Shown piece after piece: positions 7,469-15,302 of a DNA stretch of 32,000 bases. Position 1 is the first letter of the stretch. Each line of letters opens with the position of its first letter. The notes beneath the pieces were generated by a model. The model had not been told where the DNA came from. It was given only the letters and a program-made list of their open reading frames with translations, and ran no database searches. Made by a program: the position numbers and the translations under genes. The DNA is from Kineococcus radiotolerans SRS30216 = ATCC BAA-149 (GTDB lineage: Bacteria > Actinomycetota > Actinomycetes > Actinomycetales > Kineococcaceae): positions 510,001 to 542,000 of the forward strand of contig NC_009664.2 in assembly GCF_000017305.1 (NCBI RefSeq). The letters are read 5' to 3'.

Positions 7469-10212
7469 GCGCTGGCCTCCCGCTGCCGGCGGTGACCCCG
7501 CCCGCGGACCTGCCGGGCTTCGACCCGCGCTGGTCCCGCCTGGTGCAGGCCCCCGACCACGCGGGGGTGCTGCGGACGTGGCACGTGCTGGACACCGCGC
7601 CCGACGCCGGGCCCGACGACGTCGTGGGGACGCTGCTGTGCGTCCACGGCAACCCGACGTGGTCCTACCTGTGGCGGGGGCTGGCCTCGGCCGCCTCGGC
7701 GGTGCAGCTGGGCTGGCGGGTCGTGGCCGTGGACCAGCTGGAGATGGGGTACTCCGAGCGCACCGGCACCACGCGCCGGCTGGCGGACCGGGTCGAGGAC
7801 CTCGCCGGGCTGGTGCAGGCGCTGGAGCTGTCCGGCGAGGTCGTGGCCGTGGGTCACGACTGGGGCGGGATCGTCGTGTCGGGCTGGGCCGCCGGGGAGC
7901 TCGCGCGCGGCGGGGGCCGGCGCGACGCCGGTCGTCACGCCTCCACCGGCCCGGCGTCCCCGCTGCGGGTCGCCGGCCTGGTCGTGGCCAACACCGCGGC
8001 GAGCTGGCCGGCCGACGCCGCGGCGCCGGGGGTGCTGAAGCTGGCGCTGCTGCCCGGGGTGCTGCCCGGGGTCACCTCCCGCAGCGAGGTGTTCCTGCGC
8101 ACCACGCTGGCGCTGCCGAAGCCGCCGCTGCCGGCGGCGGTGAAGGCCGCCTACCGCGGCCCGTACCGCAGCCGCGGCGAGCGCGCGGGGATCGAGGCCT
8201 TCGTCGCCGACGTCCCGGTGGGGGCCGGGCACCCCAGCCGCCCGGCGCTGGACGCGGTCACCGAGGGGGTCGCCGCGCTGGCGGCGGCGGGGCTGCCGAC
8301 GTTCGTGGCGTGGGGTCCGCGCGACCCGGTGTTCACCGAGTGGTTCCTGCGCGACTGGCGGGCGCGGGTGCCGCACGCCGACGTGCACCGCTTCGCCACC
8401 GCCAGCCACCTGACGCCGGAGGACCCGCAGTTCGCGGCCGCGGTGCTGCGCTGGCTGGACGAGCGGGTCCTGCACCCGGTCTCCCCCGACACCACCGCCG
8501 CCGCCCCCGCGGTGCCGGCGCCCCGGATGTGGGCGGCGCTGGAGCAGCGCGCGGCCGACCCCGCGACGGCCTCCTCCCCCGCCGTGGTGGAGATGTCGCC
8601 CGACGGGACCTCGCGCCGCGTGGCGTGGGGGCTGCTGGCGCGCCGCACCGACGAGCTCGCCGCGGGCTTCACCGCGCTGGGGGTGCGTCCCGGGCAGCGG
8701 GTCTCGCTGCTGGTGCCGCCCGGGGCGGACCTGACCGCGACGCTGTACGCGCTGCTGCGCATCGGCGCGGTGGCCGTCGTCGCCGACGCCGGGCTGGGCG
8801 TGCGGGGCCTCTCGCGCGCCGTCACCGGAGCCGGGGTGGACTGGGTGGTGGGCGTGCCCAAGGCGCTGGCCGCCGCGCGGGTCCTGCGCTGGCCGGGTCG
8901 TCGCGTCGCCGCCGGGGACGTCTCCGACGCCGCCCTGAGGGCGCTGGGGGTGGAGGCGACGCTGCTGCAGGTGGCCCGCACCGGGGCGCAGCGGCTGGCC
9001 GCGGGGGCCGAGGCGCCCGTGGAACCGGCGCCGGGCGCCGAGGCGGCGGTGCTGTTCACCTCCGGGTCCACCGGGCCGGCCAAGGGCGTCGTCTACACCC
9101 ACGGCCAGCTGGCGCAGCTGGCCCAGGCCATGGGCGCCACGATCCGCATCGGGCCGGGGCAGCCGCTGGTGTCGGCGTTCGCGCCGTTCGCGCTGTTCGG
9201 GCCCGCCCTGGGCGCCACCTGCGTGGTCCCGGCCATGGACGTCACCCGGCCCGCGACGCTGACCGCCGCGGCCCTGGCCGAGGCCGTCGCGGCGGCCTCG
9301 GCGACGTCGGTGTTCCTGGCCCCGGCCGCGGTCGTCAACGTCCTCGCCACCGCCGGCGACCTCACCCCCGCGCAGCGGGAGGCGCTGGGCGGGGTGAGCA
9401 CGCTGCTCTCGGCGGGGGCGCCGGTCCCCACCCCGCTGCTGCAGCGGGTGCGCGAGCTGATGCCGCTGGCCGACCCCCGCACCCCCTACGGCGCCACCGA
9501 GGTGCTGCCCGCGACCGACGTGGGGCTCTCCGACGTCCTGGCCGCGGGGGCCGGGGAGGGCATCTGCGTGGGCCGGCCCGTGGAGGGCGTGGTGGTGGCG
9601 ATCGCGCCGTTGGACGCTGACGGGCGCGCCGGGCTGGACCTGGTGAGCACCCCCGGGGCCGTGGGCGAGGTCGTCGTGGGCGGTGAGCACGTCAAGGACC
9701 ACTACGACCAGCTGTGGTTCACCCAGGCCGCCAGCGTCGACGTGCGCCCCTCCCCCACCCTGCTGGGCCGGGTCCGCCCGGGGCGCTGGCACCGCACCGG
9801 CGACGTGGGGCACCTGGACGCCGAGGGGCGGGTGTGGGTCGAGGGCCGCCTGGCCCACGTCGTCGTCACCGCCGACGAGGTCGTCACCCCCGTGGGGGTC
9901 GAGCAGCGCGCGGAGTCCGTGCCGGGCATCGCGCGGGCGGCGTTCGTGGGGATCGGGCCGCGCGCGGCGCGGCGGTTCGCCGTCGTCGCCGAGGTCGAGG
10001 CCGACGTGGTGCCGGGGATCACCCGCACGACCGTCGCCGACCCCGAGCTGGCCGAGGCCGTGCGCGCGGCGACGGGCCGGAACCTGGTGGCGCTGCTGCT
10101 GGTGCCCGCGCTGCCGACCGACGTGCGGCACAACTCGAAGATCGACCGGGCCCGGGTGGGTGCCTGGGCGGAGCGGGTCCTGGCGGGCGAGAGGGCGGGG
10201 AAGCTGGCGTGA
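7465..10212 (+). CDS. oleBC: fused OleB-OleC: alpha/beta-hydrolase (beta-lactone decarboxylase) + AMP-dependent beta-lactone synthetase
   Basis: GTG 7465 (or 7462) overlaps the oleA TGA (GTGA 7465-7468), in the frame of ORF 6625..10212. The N-domain has haloalkane-dehalogenase-like motifs HGNPTWSYLW and VGHDWGG. The C-domain has adenylate-forming motifs LFTSGSTGPAKGVVYTHGQL, TPYGATEV, HRTGDVGHLDAEGRVWVEGR and RHNSKIDR. An OleBC fusion is the arrangement reported for Actinobacteria (e.g. Micrococcus luteus). Confidence 0.85.
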   Translation: MSAGLPLPAVTPPADLPGFDPRWSRLVQAPDHAGVLRTWHVLDTAPDAGPDDVVGTLLCVHGNPTWSYLWRGLASAASAVQLGWRVVAVDQLEMGYSERTGTTRRLADRVEDLAGLVQALELSGEVVAVGHDWGGIVVSGWAAGELARGGGRRDAGRHASTGPASPLRVAGLVVANTAASWPADAAAPGVLKLALLPGVLPGVTSRSEVFLRTTLALPKPPLPAAVKAAYRGPYRSRGERAGIEAFVADVPVGAGHPSRPALDAVTEGVAALAAAGLPTFVAWGPRDPVFTEWFLRDWRARVPHADVHRFATASHLTPEDPQFAAAVLRWLDERVLHPVSPDTTAAAPAVPAPRMWAALEQRAADPATASSPAVVEMSPDGTSRRVAWGLLARRTDELAAGFTALGVRPGQRVSLLVPPGADLTATLYALLRIGAVAVVADAGLGVRGLSRAVTGAGVDWVVGVPKALAAARVLRWPGRRVAAGDVSDAALRALGVEATLLQVARTGAQRLAAGAEAPVEPAPGAEAAVLFTSGSTGPAKGVVYTHGQLAQLAQAMGATIRIGPGQPLVSAFAPFALFGPALGATCVVPAMDVTRPATLTAAALAEAVAAASATSVFLAPAAVVNVLATAGDLTPAQREALGGVSTLLSAGAPVPTPLLQRVRELMPLADPRTPYGATEVLPATDVGLSDVLAAGAGEGICVGRPVEGVVVAIAPLDADGRAGLDLVSTPGAVGEVVVGGEHVKDHYDQLWFTQAASVDVRPSPTLLGRVRPGRWHRTGDVGHLDAEGRVWVEGRLAHVVVTADEVVTPVGVEQRAESVPGIARAAFVGIGPRAARRFAVVAEVEADVVPGITRTTVADPELAEAVRAATGRNLVALLLVPALPTDVRHNSKIDRARVGAWAERVLAGERAGKLA

Positions 10213-11186
10213 AGGTCCTGGTGACGGGAGCGAGCGGGATGCTCGGGCGGGAGACCGCGCGGGCCCTGGCCGCGCGCGGGGAGGACGTGCGGCTGCTGCA
10301 GCGCCGCCCCGCGGGCCTGGAGGGTTTCGAGGAGGTGCTGGGGTCGGTGACCGACCCCGCGGCCTGCGCGCGGGCCGTGGAGGGCGTGCAGGCCGTCGTG
10401 CACCTGGCGGCGAAGGTGTCGGTCACCGGGCCCCACCCGGAGTACGTGGCCACCAACGTCGACGGCACCGCGAACCTGCTCGCCGCGGCCCGGGCGGCGG
10501 GGGTGTCTCGCTTCGTCATGGTGTCCTCGCCCTCGGTGGCCCATGCGGGGTCCGCGCTGGTGGGCGTGGGCACCACGCCCGCCGACCCGGCCACCGCGCA
10601 CGGCTCGTACGCGGTGACCAAGGCGCGGGCGGAGCTGCTGGCCCTGGCCGCCGACGCCCCGGGGTTCGCGGTGTGCGCGGTGCGCCCGCACATCGTGCTG
10701 GGGCCCGGGGACACCCAGCTCGTCCAGCGCATCGCCGACCGCGCCCGCGCCGGCCGGCTGCCGCTGCTGGACGACGGGACGGCGCTCATCGACACCACCT
10801 ACGTCGACAACGCGGTGGACGCCCTGCTCGCGGCCCTGGACCGCTGCGAGGACGAGGGCGTGCACGGGGAGGCCTTCGTCGTCACCAACGGCGAGCCCCG
10901 CACCGTCAGCGAGGTCTTCGCCCGCATCTGCCGGGCCGCGGGGGTGCCGGCCCCCACCCGCCGGGTGCCCGCGGCGGCGGCCAAGGTCGCCGGGTCGGTG
11001 GTGGAGCGGGTCTGGACCCGCTTCGGGCTGCCCGACGAGCCGCCCATGACGCGGTTCCTGGCCGAGCAGCTGTCCACCGCCCACTGGTTCGACACCACCC
11101 GCACCCGCGAGCGCCTGCACTGGTCCCCACGGGTCCCGCTGGACGAGGGCTTCGACCGCCTCGCCGGGGGGTTCGACGCCCGTTAG
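10209..11186 (+). CDS. oleD: OleD, NAD(P)H-dependent short-chain dehydrogenase / 3-beta-HSD family reductase
   Basis: GTG 10209 overlaps the oleBC TGA (GTGA 10209-10212), in the frame of ORF 9714..11186. It has a Rossmann motif VLVTGASGMLG and catalytic YAVTKARAE (YxxxK). Confidence 0.85.
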   Translation: MKVLVTGASGMLGRETARALAARGEDVRLLQRRPAGLEGFEEVLGSVTDPAACARAVEGVQAVVHLAAKVSVTGPHPEYVATNVDGTANLLAAARAAGVSRFVMVSSPSVAHAGSALVGVGTTPADPATAHGSYAVTKARAELLALAADAPGFAVCAVRPHIVLGPGDTQLVQRIADRARAGRLPLLDDGTALIDTTYVDNAVDALLAALDRCEDEGVHGEAFVVTNGEPRTVSEVFARICRAAGVPAPTRRVPAAAAKVAGSVVERVWTRFGLPDEPPMTRFLAEQLSTAHWFDTTRTRERLHWSPRVPLDEGFDRLAGGFDAR

Positions 11187-11196
11187 GGTCGGGCGG

Positions 11197-12423
11197 GTGA
11201 TCAACCGACCCGCTCTCACCGGCGCGCAGCGCCGGGCACGGCGCATCGAGGAGGCCCGGCGCGACCTGGAGCAGCTGCGTTCCCTGGACCTCGCGCCCCG
11301 TCCGGGCGAGCACGGCCTGCACCGCGCCGCCCGCCTGGAGGACGCGGTGAAGGGCCTCGCCGGCTCGCGGCTGCGCCGGCGCGGCTACCACGCCCGGGCC
11401 ATCGCCTACCCCGGTTACGGCGGCCCGGGCTGGGTGCGGGTCCTGGGCCGGGTGCTGCTGGGCCGGGAGGACACCCCGGCCGACACCGAGCGCGACGGGA
11501 CCCGCAAGGTGCGGGGCTGGCGCAACTTCCTCACCGTCCCCGTCTCCGGGGCGGCCGTCACCGTGCGCATCGGCGGCCACGAGCGGGTGCTGCGCACCAA
11601 CCGGGAGGGCTACGTCGACGAGGTCGTCGAGGTCGACCTGCCCCCGGGCGAGCACGAGGTCGTCCTGACCGTCGGTCCCGACGGCGAGGACGCGGGCCCG
11701 GGCACCGCGGCCGAGCGCGTGGAGGACGACACCGAGGGCGGCGCGGAACCGGTGCCGCAGAGCGCGTTGCGGCACAGCGGGACCTCGCGCGTCGTCGTCG
11801 TGGGGCCGGACCCGGTGATCGGGCTGCTCTCCGACATCGACGACACCGTCGTGGTGACCCGCCTGCCGCGTCCGCTGGTGGCGGCGTGGAACAGCTTCGT
11901 CCTCGACGAGCGCGCCCGCGTCCCGGTCAACGGCATGGCCGAGCTGTACCAGCAGGTCGTCGCCGAGAACCCCGGCGCCCCCGTCCTGTACCTCTCGACG
12001 GGGGCCTGGAACGTCGCCCCCACCCTGACCCGGTTCCTGCACCGCTCCGGCTACCCCGCGGGCCCGCTGCTGCTGACCGACTGGGGCCCCACGAACACCG
12101 GGTTGTTCCGCGACGGCGCCCGCCACAAGCGGGAGTCGCTGGCCCGGCTGGCGCGGGAGCTGCCGCAGGTGACGTGGCTGCTGGTGGGCGACGACGGTCA
12201 GCACGACCCCGCGCTGTACGCGGAGTTCCTGGCCGCGGCGCCCGAGCGGGTCGCCGGGGTCGCGATCCGCCGGCTGACCCCGGCCGAGCAGCTGCTGGCC
12301 GGTGGGCACCCGCTGGCGCCGACGGCGATGCCGGCGGACTCCCCCGTGCCCTGGGTCACCGGGGACAACGGCTACGAGCTGCTGCACCACTGGTACCGGG
12401 CGGGGGTCCTGAAGACCCCCTGA
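11197..12423 (+). CDS. App1-like phosphatidate phosphatase / DUF2183 (HAD-type DxDxT) protein
   Basis: ORF 11197..12423 (GTG), 10 nt after the oleD stop. It has a DxDxT motif in LLSDIDDTVVVT and a distal acidic motif LVGDDGQHDPALY. The overall layout resembles App1/DUF2183. Confidence 0.7.
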   Translation: MINRPALTGAQRRARRIEEARRDLEQLRSLDLAPRPGEHGLHRAARLEDAVKGLAGSRLRRRGYHARAIAYPGYGGPGWVRVLGRVLLGREDTPADTERDGTRKVRGWRNFLTVPVSGAAVTVRIGGHERVLRTNREGYVDEVVEVDLPPGEHEVVLTVGPDGEDAGPGTAAERVEDDTEGGAEPVPQSALRHSGTSRVVVVGPDPVIGLLSDIDDTVVVTRLPRPLVAAWNSFVLDERARVPVNGMAELYQQVVAENPGAPVLYLSTGAWNVAPTLTRFLHRSGYPAGPLLLTDWGPTNTGLFRDGARHKRESLARLARELPQVTWLLVGDDGQHDPALYAEFLAAAPERVAGVAIRRLTPAEQLLAGGHPLAPTAMPADSPVPWVTGDNGYELLHHWYRAGVLKTP

Positions 12424-12446
12424 GGCGGGCGGGCCCACGACGACGA

Positions 12447-12477
12447 GGAGGCCGGACCCCGACGGGGTCCGGCCTCC
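12447..12477. terminator. strong perfect hairpin between convergent transcription units (bidirectional terminator candidate)
   Basis: GGAGGCCGGACCCC (12447-12460) + GAC + GGGGTCCGGCCTCC (12464-12477) gives a 14-bp perfect GC-rich stem. It lies 24 nt after the App1-like stop and 12 nt after the stop of the 32-aa minus-strand ORF. Confidence 0.7.
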
Positions 12478-12489
12478 TGCGCGTTCGGC

Positions 12490-12588
12490 TCAGAGCTGGG
12501 TGCGGCGCGGGTTCGCGACGGTGGTCAGCTCGAGGGAGCGGACGTCGATCACGACGTCGGTGCTGTCGTTGGTGGTGCTGTCGTTCAT
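12490..12588 (-). CDS. candidate 32-aa small protein MNDSTTNDSTDVVIDVRSLELTTVANPRRTQL
   Basis: ATG 12588 is preceded by GAGGAGG (about 12604-12598) with a 7-nt spacer. The stop at 12490 is followed directly by the 12447-12477 hairpin. The N-terminus is encoded by a 15-nt tandem duplication (NDSTT/NDSTD). No family recognised; it could be non-coding. Confidence 0.3.
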   Translation of the reverse strand: MNDSTTNDSTDVVIDVRSLELTTVANPRRTQL

Positions 12589-12731
12589 CTCACGACCTCC
12601 TCGTTCAGGACGGTGACTCTGGTCGACCGCAGACGACGCTGTCCTCACCGAGCCGGTGGCGGGTCCGGACCAGGATAGCGACGGGGGCCCGCAGCGGAAC
12701 TCCCGGTCGCCGGGCCGTGGGGTGAGGTTGG

Positions 12732-14663
12732 TCACGCCGCGCGCCAGCAGGCGCGCCCGGCGGCCTTGGCGCGGTACATGGCGCGGTCGGCGGCGCGCAG
12801 CAGCTCCTCGGGCCCCAGGTCGCCCTCGGTGCGGGCCGCGCCGATGCTGGCGCTGACGGTGACCGTCCGCACCCCCAGGTCGACGGGGATGGAGATGCGC
12901 TCGCAGACCCGCTCGGCGATGGAGGAGAGCGCCTGGGCGTCGCCGACGTCCTCGCAGACCAGGACGAACTCGTCGCCGCCGATGCGGGCGGCGAGGTCCC
13001 CGGCCCGCAGCAGCCCGCGCAGCCGGTCGGCGACGTCGATCAGCAGGGCGTCGCCGGCGGCGTGGCCGAGGGTGTCGTTGACGTCCTTGAAGTGGTCGAG
13101 GTCGACGAAGAGCACGGCGCAGCCGCCGCCGCGGCGCACCGTCCGCGACAGGGCGCTGCGCAGCTGCTCCTCGGCCTTGGCCCGGTTGGGCAGCCCGGTG
13201 AGGGGGTCGTGCAGGGCGGCGTGCTCGAGCTGCTCGGCTTCGCGGCGGCGGGCGGTGACGTCCTCCACGAAGGCCAGGAACGCCGGCTCCCCCGAGCTGC
13301 TGGAGGTCAGCGACAGCGAGATCCGGGCCCAGACGACCTTCCCGCTGGGCAGCTCGTAGCACCGTTCGCGGTGCACGACCTCGGCGTCGCCGCTGAGCAG
13401 GGCCTGCAGCTGGTCCTCGGCCCGGGCGCGCTCGTCGCGGTCCCCGGCGTGGGGGCGCTCGTCCTCGGCGGGGGCGGCGGGGTCGAGGTGTTCCCCCGCG
13501 GGGGCGCCGACGAGCTCGGAGGGGTCGCGCTCCCAGAAGGTGCACAGCGCGTGGTTCACCTCGCTGATCCAGCCCTCCAGCCCGAAGAGCAGCATGCCCA
13601 CCGGACCCCGGGCGAAGATCTCGTGGAAGCGGCGCTCGGAGCCGGCGAGGGCGTCCATCGTCGTGATGGTCTCGGTGAGGTCCTGGGCGAGGCCCACCAC
13701 CCGCACCGGGACCCCGGCCGCGGAGCGGTCGGAGACGGTGGAGCGGGTGTGGATCCAGCGGTGGCCGCCGAAGGGGTCCAGGACGCGGTAGGTGCACTCG
13801 ACGATCTCCCCGGTGCCCGCGGTGCGCAGGGCCTCCAGGGCCCGCCGCACGCCGGGGGCGTCGTCGGGGTGCGGGGGTTCGGCGGGGGTGCTGCCGTCGC
13901 CGGGGGGCAGCCCCAGCAGGGAGGCGGGGCCGGTGTTCGCCCACTCCACCACCTGCTGCCCCAGGTGGATGCGGTAGATGGTGTCGGGGCTGGCGGAGAT
14001 GACGGCCTCCTGGCGGGCCAGCAGCGTCCGCAGCTGCTGCTGGGCGGCCCGTTCGGAGGTGATGTCGCGCAGGACCAGGACGGCGCCGTCGCCGTCGTCG
14101 GTGGTGACCTGGACGTGGGCGACGAGCAGCTGCCCGTCGCTGCGCGCGACGTCGACCTCCACGTCGACGTCACCCGCGCGCACGGCGCGGAGGAGGTCCA
14201 CGCCGGCGGGCGCCGCCGCGCGCAGCGCCGCGCCCTGGACGGGGTCCAGCCGGGAGCGGCCACCGGCAGGCTCCCCGCCGGCGGGGTCCCCCTGGCCCGG
14301 TAGCGGGGCGACGACGCTGAGGCCGAGCCACCAGGTCAGCCGGCGCTGTCCGAGGACCTCCTGCGGTCCCAGGCCCAGGGCGCGCGTCAGCCCGCGGGTG
14401 GCGTGGACCACCGCGCCCTCGGCGTCGAGCAGCAGCAGGGCGAGGCCGGAGCGTTCCAGGGCCCCGGCCAGCCGCGGGTCCACCGCGACGGGCGCGGCGC
14501 CCCCGGCGGGGCCCGAGGGGCCCGAGGACCGCACCGAGCGCACGGGTCGTCCCGGTCGCACCGTCTCCACCTGCCACCTCCGCGGTCGCACCCGGTCCGG
14601 GGCTGGGCCGCGGTGCTCACGGGTGCTGTCGGCCGCGCGGGGGGCGGCCTTGAGGGCGCGCAC
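12732..14663 (-). CDS. multi-PAS diguanylate cyclase (GGDEF with intact active site and I-site)
   Basis: ORF 12732..14663 (GTG start uncertain; GTG 14483 is an alternative). It has about three PAS-like repeats. The GGDEF domain contains HDPLTGLPNR, FVDLDHFKDVNDTLGH and LRAGDLAARIGGDEFVLV, i.e. RxxD five residues before GGDEF. No EAL domain. Confidence 0.85.
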   Translation of the reverse strand: MRALKAAPRAADSTREHRGPAPDRVRPRRWQVETVRPGRPVRSVRSSGPSGPAGGAAPVAVDPRLAGALERSGLALLLLDAEGAVVHATRGLTRALGLGPQEVLGQRRLTWWLGLSVVAPLPGQGDPAGGEPAGGRSRLDPVQGAALRAAAPAGVDLLRAVRAGDVDVEVDVARSDGQLLVAHVQVTTDDGDGAVLVLRDITSERAAQQQLRTLLARQEAVISASPDTIYRIHLGQQVVEWANTGPASLLGLPPGDGSTPAEPPHPDDAPGVRRALEALRTAGTGEIVECTYRVLDPFGGHRWIHTRSTVSDRSAAGVPVRVVGLAQDLTETITTMDALAGSERRFHEIFARGPVGMLLFGLEGWISEVNHALCTFWERDPSELVGAPAGEHLDPAAPAEDERPHAGDRDERARAEDQLQALLSGDAEVVHRERCYELPSGKVVWARISLSLTSSSSGEPAFLAFVEDVTARRREAEQLEHAALHDPLTGLPNRAKAEEQLRSALSRTVRRGGGCAVLFVDLDHFKDVNDTLGHAAGDALLIDVADRLRGLLRAGDLAARIGGDEFVLVCEDVGDAQALSSIAERVCERISIPVDLGVRTVTVSASIGAARTEGDLGPEELLRAADRAMYRAKAAGRACWRAA

Positions 14664-14687
14664 CCGATCGGGTGGCGCCCGGGCGGG

Positions 14688-14924
14688 TCAGGTGCCGGCG
14701 CGGCGCACGATGCCCTGCAGGGCGGAGATGGCCTCCTCCGAGGCGGTGGCGGCGGAGATGTTGGCCTCGCGCACGGCGTCGTAGACCTCCTGGCGGTGCA
14801 CCTGGACGTCGCGGGGGGCCTCGATGCCCACCCGGACGACGTCACCGCGCACCTCGAGCACGCGCACGACGACCTCGTCGCCGATGACCACGGATTCCCC
14901 GGCCTTGCGCGTCAGGACCAGCAT
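14688..14924 (-). CDS. csrA: carbon storage regulator CsrA (flagellar/FliW-type with C-terminal extension)
   Basis: Within ORF 14688..14960. The canonical N-terminus [48 protein letters not shown] starts at ATG 14924 (upstream in-frame ATGs at 14936 and 14960). It closely parallels B. subtilis CsrA, MLVLSRKINEAIQIG...GIDAPK..IHRKEIY. The C-terminal tail is [23 protein letters not shown]. Confidence 0.9.
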   Translation of the reverse strand: MLVLTRKAGESVVIGDEVVVRVLEVRGDVVRVGIEAPRDVQVHRQEVYDAVREANISAATASEEAISALQGIVRRAGT

Positions 14925-15003
14925 GGGGCTCAGCATAGGTGACGAACCGTGTTCGGCCATGTCGTTGTCGTGACCGGGTTCCGATGTCGCACCGCACGCA
15001 GGA

Positions 15004-15031
15004 GGCGCCCGTCCCGGAGGGGACGGGCGCC
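15004..15031. terminator. perfect 12-bp GC hairpin between the small membrane gene and csrA
   Basis: GGCGCCCGTCCC (15004-15015) + GGAG + GGGACGGGCGCC (15020-15031). It lies 17 nt downstream of the 15048 stop on the minus strand and about 80 nt upstream of csrA ATG 14924. Confidence 0.55.
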
Positions 15032-15047
15032 TCGTGGCGGTGGGTGC

Positions 15048-15302
15048 TCAGAAGTCGTCGCGGCGCCGTCCGGGGACCCCGGGGACGGCGTCCTGCTCCC
15101 CGGCGGGGTGCGGGGGGTTCTCCGCGGCCTGGGCCTGGTAGCCGCGCACCACGCCGCGCACCAGGTGCCCGGCCACGGCGGTGACCACCAGGGCCAGGAC
15201 CAGGTGGAGCAGGGCGGTGTCCACGTCGCCGGTGCCCTCCAGGGCCGCCAGCACCGAGGGCCCGGCCAGCAGCAGGCTGACGGCCAGCACGATCGCGGTC
15301 AT
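15048..15302 (-). CDS. small membrane protein (2 predicted TM helices), unknown function
   Basis: ORF 15048..15302. Its ATG overlaps the PilZ gene stop (ATGA 15299-15302). Hydrophobic segments are TAIVLAVSLLLAGPSVLAAL and LLHLVLALVVTAVAGHLV. Confidence 0.55.
   Translation of the reverse strand: MTAIVLAVSLLLAGPSVLAALEGTGDVDTALLHLVLALVVTAVAGHLVRGVVRGYQAQAAENPPHPAGEQDAVPGVPGRRRDDF

Noticed and set aside
12490-12588. Interpretation of the 32-aa ORF as a RiPP (lasso/lanthipeptide-type) precursor.
   Set aside because: It has no Cys and no Gly-start core motif. No cyclase, protease, dehydratase or transporter genes are adjacent; its neighbours are a GGDEF protein and a terminator.
15048-15302. Whether the 84-aa ORF upstream of csrA could be fliW, or a remnant of flhG.
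   Set aside because: It is a hydrophobic 2-TM mini-protein. FliW is a soluble ~140-aa beta-rich protein and FlhG is a ~280-aa Walker ATPase. There is no similarity to either.
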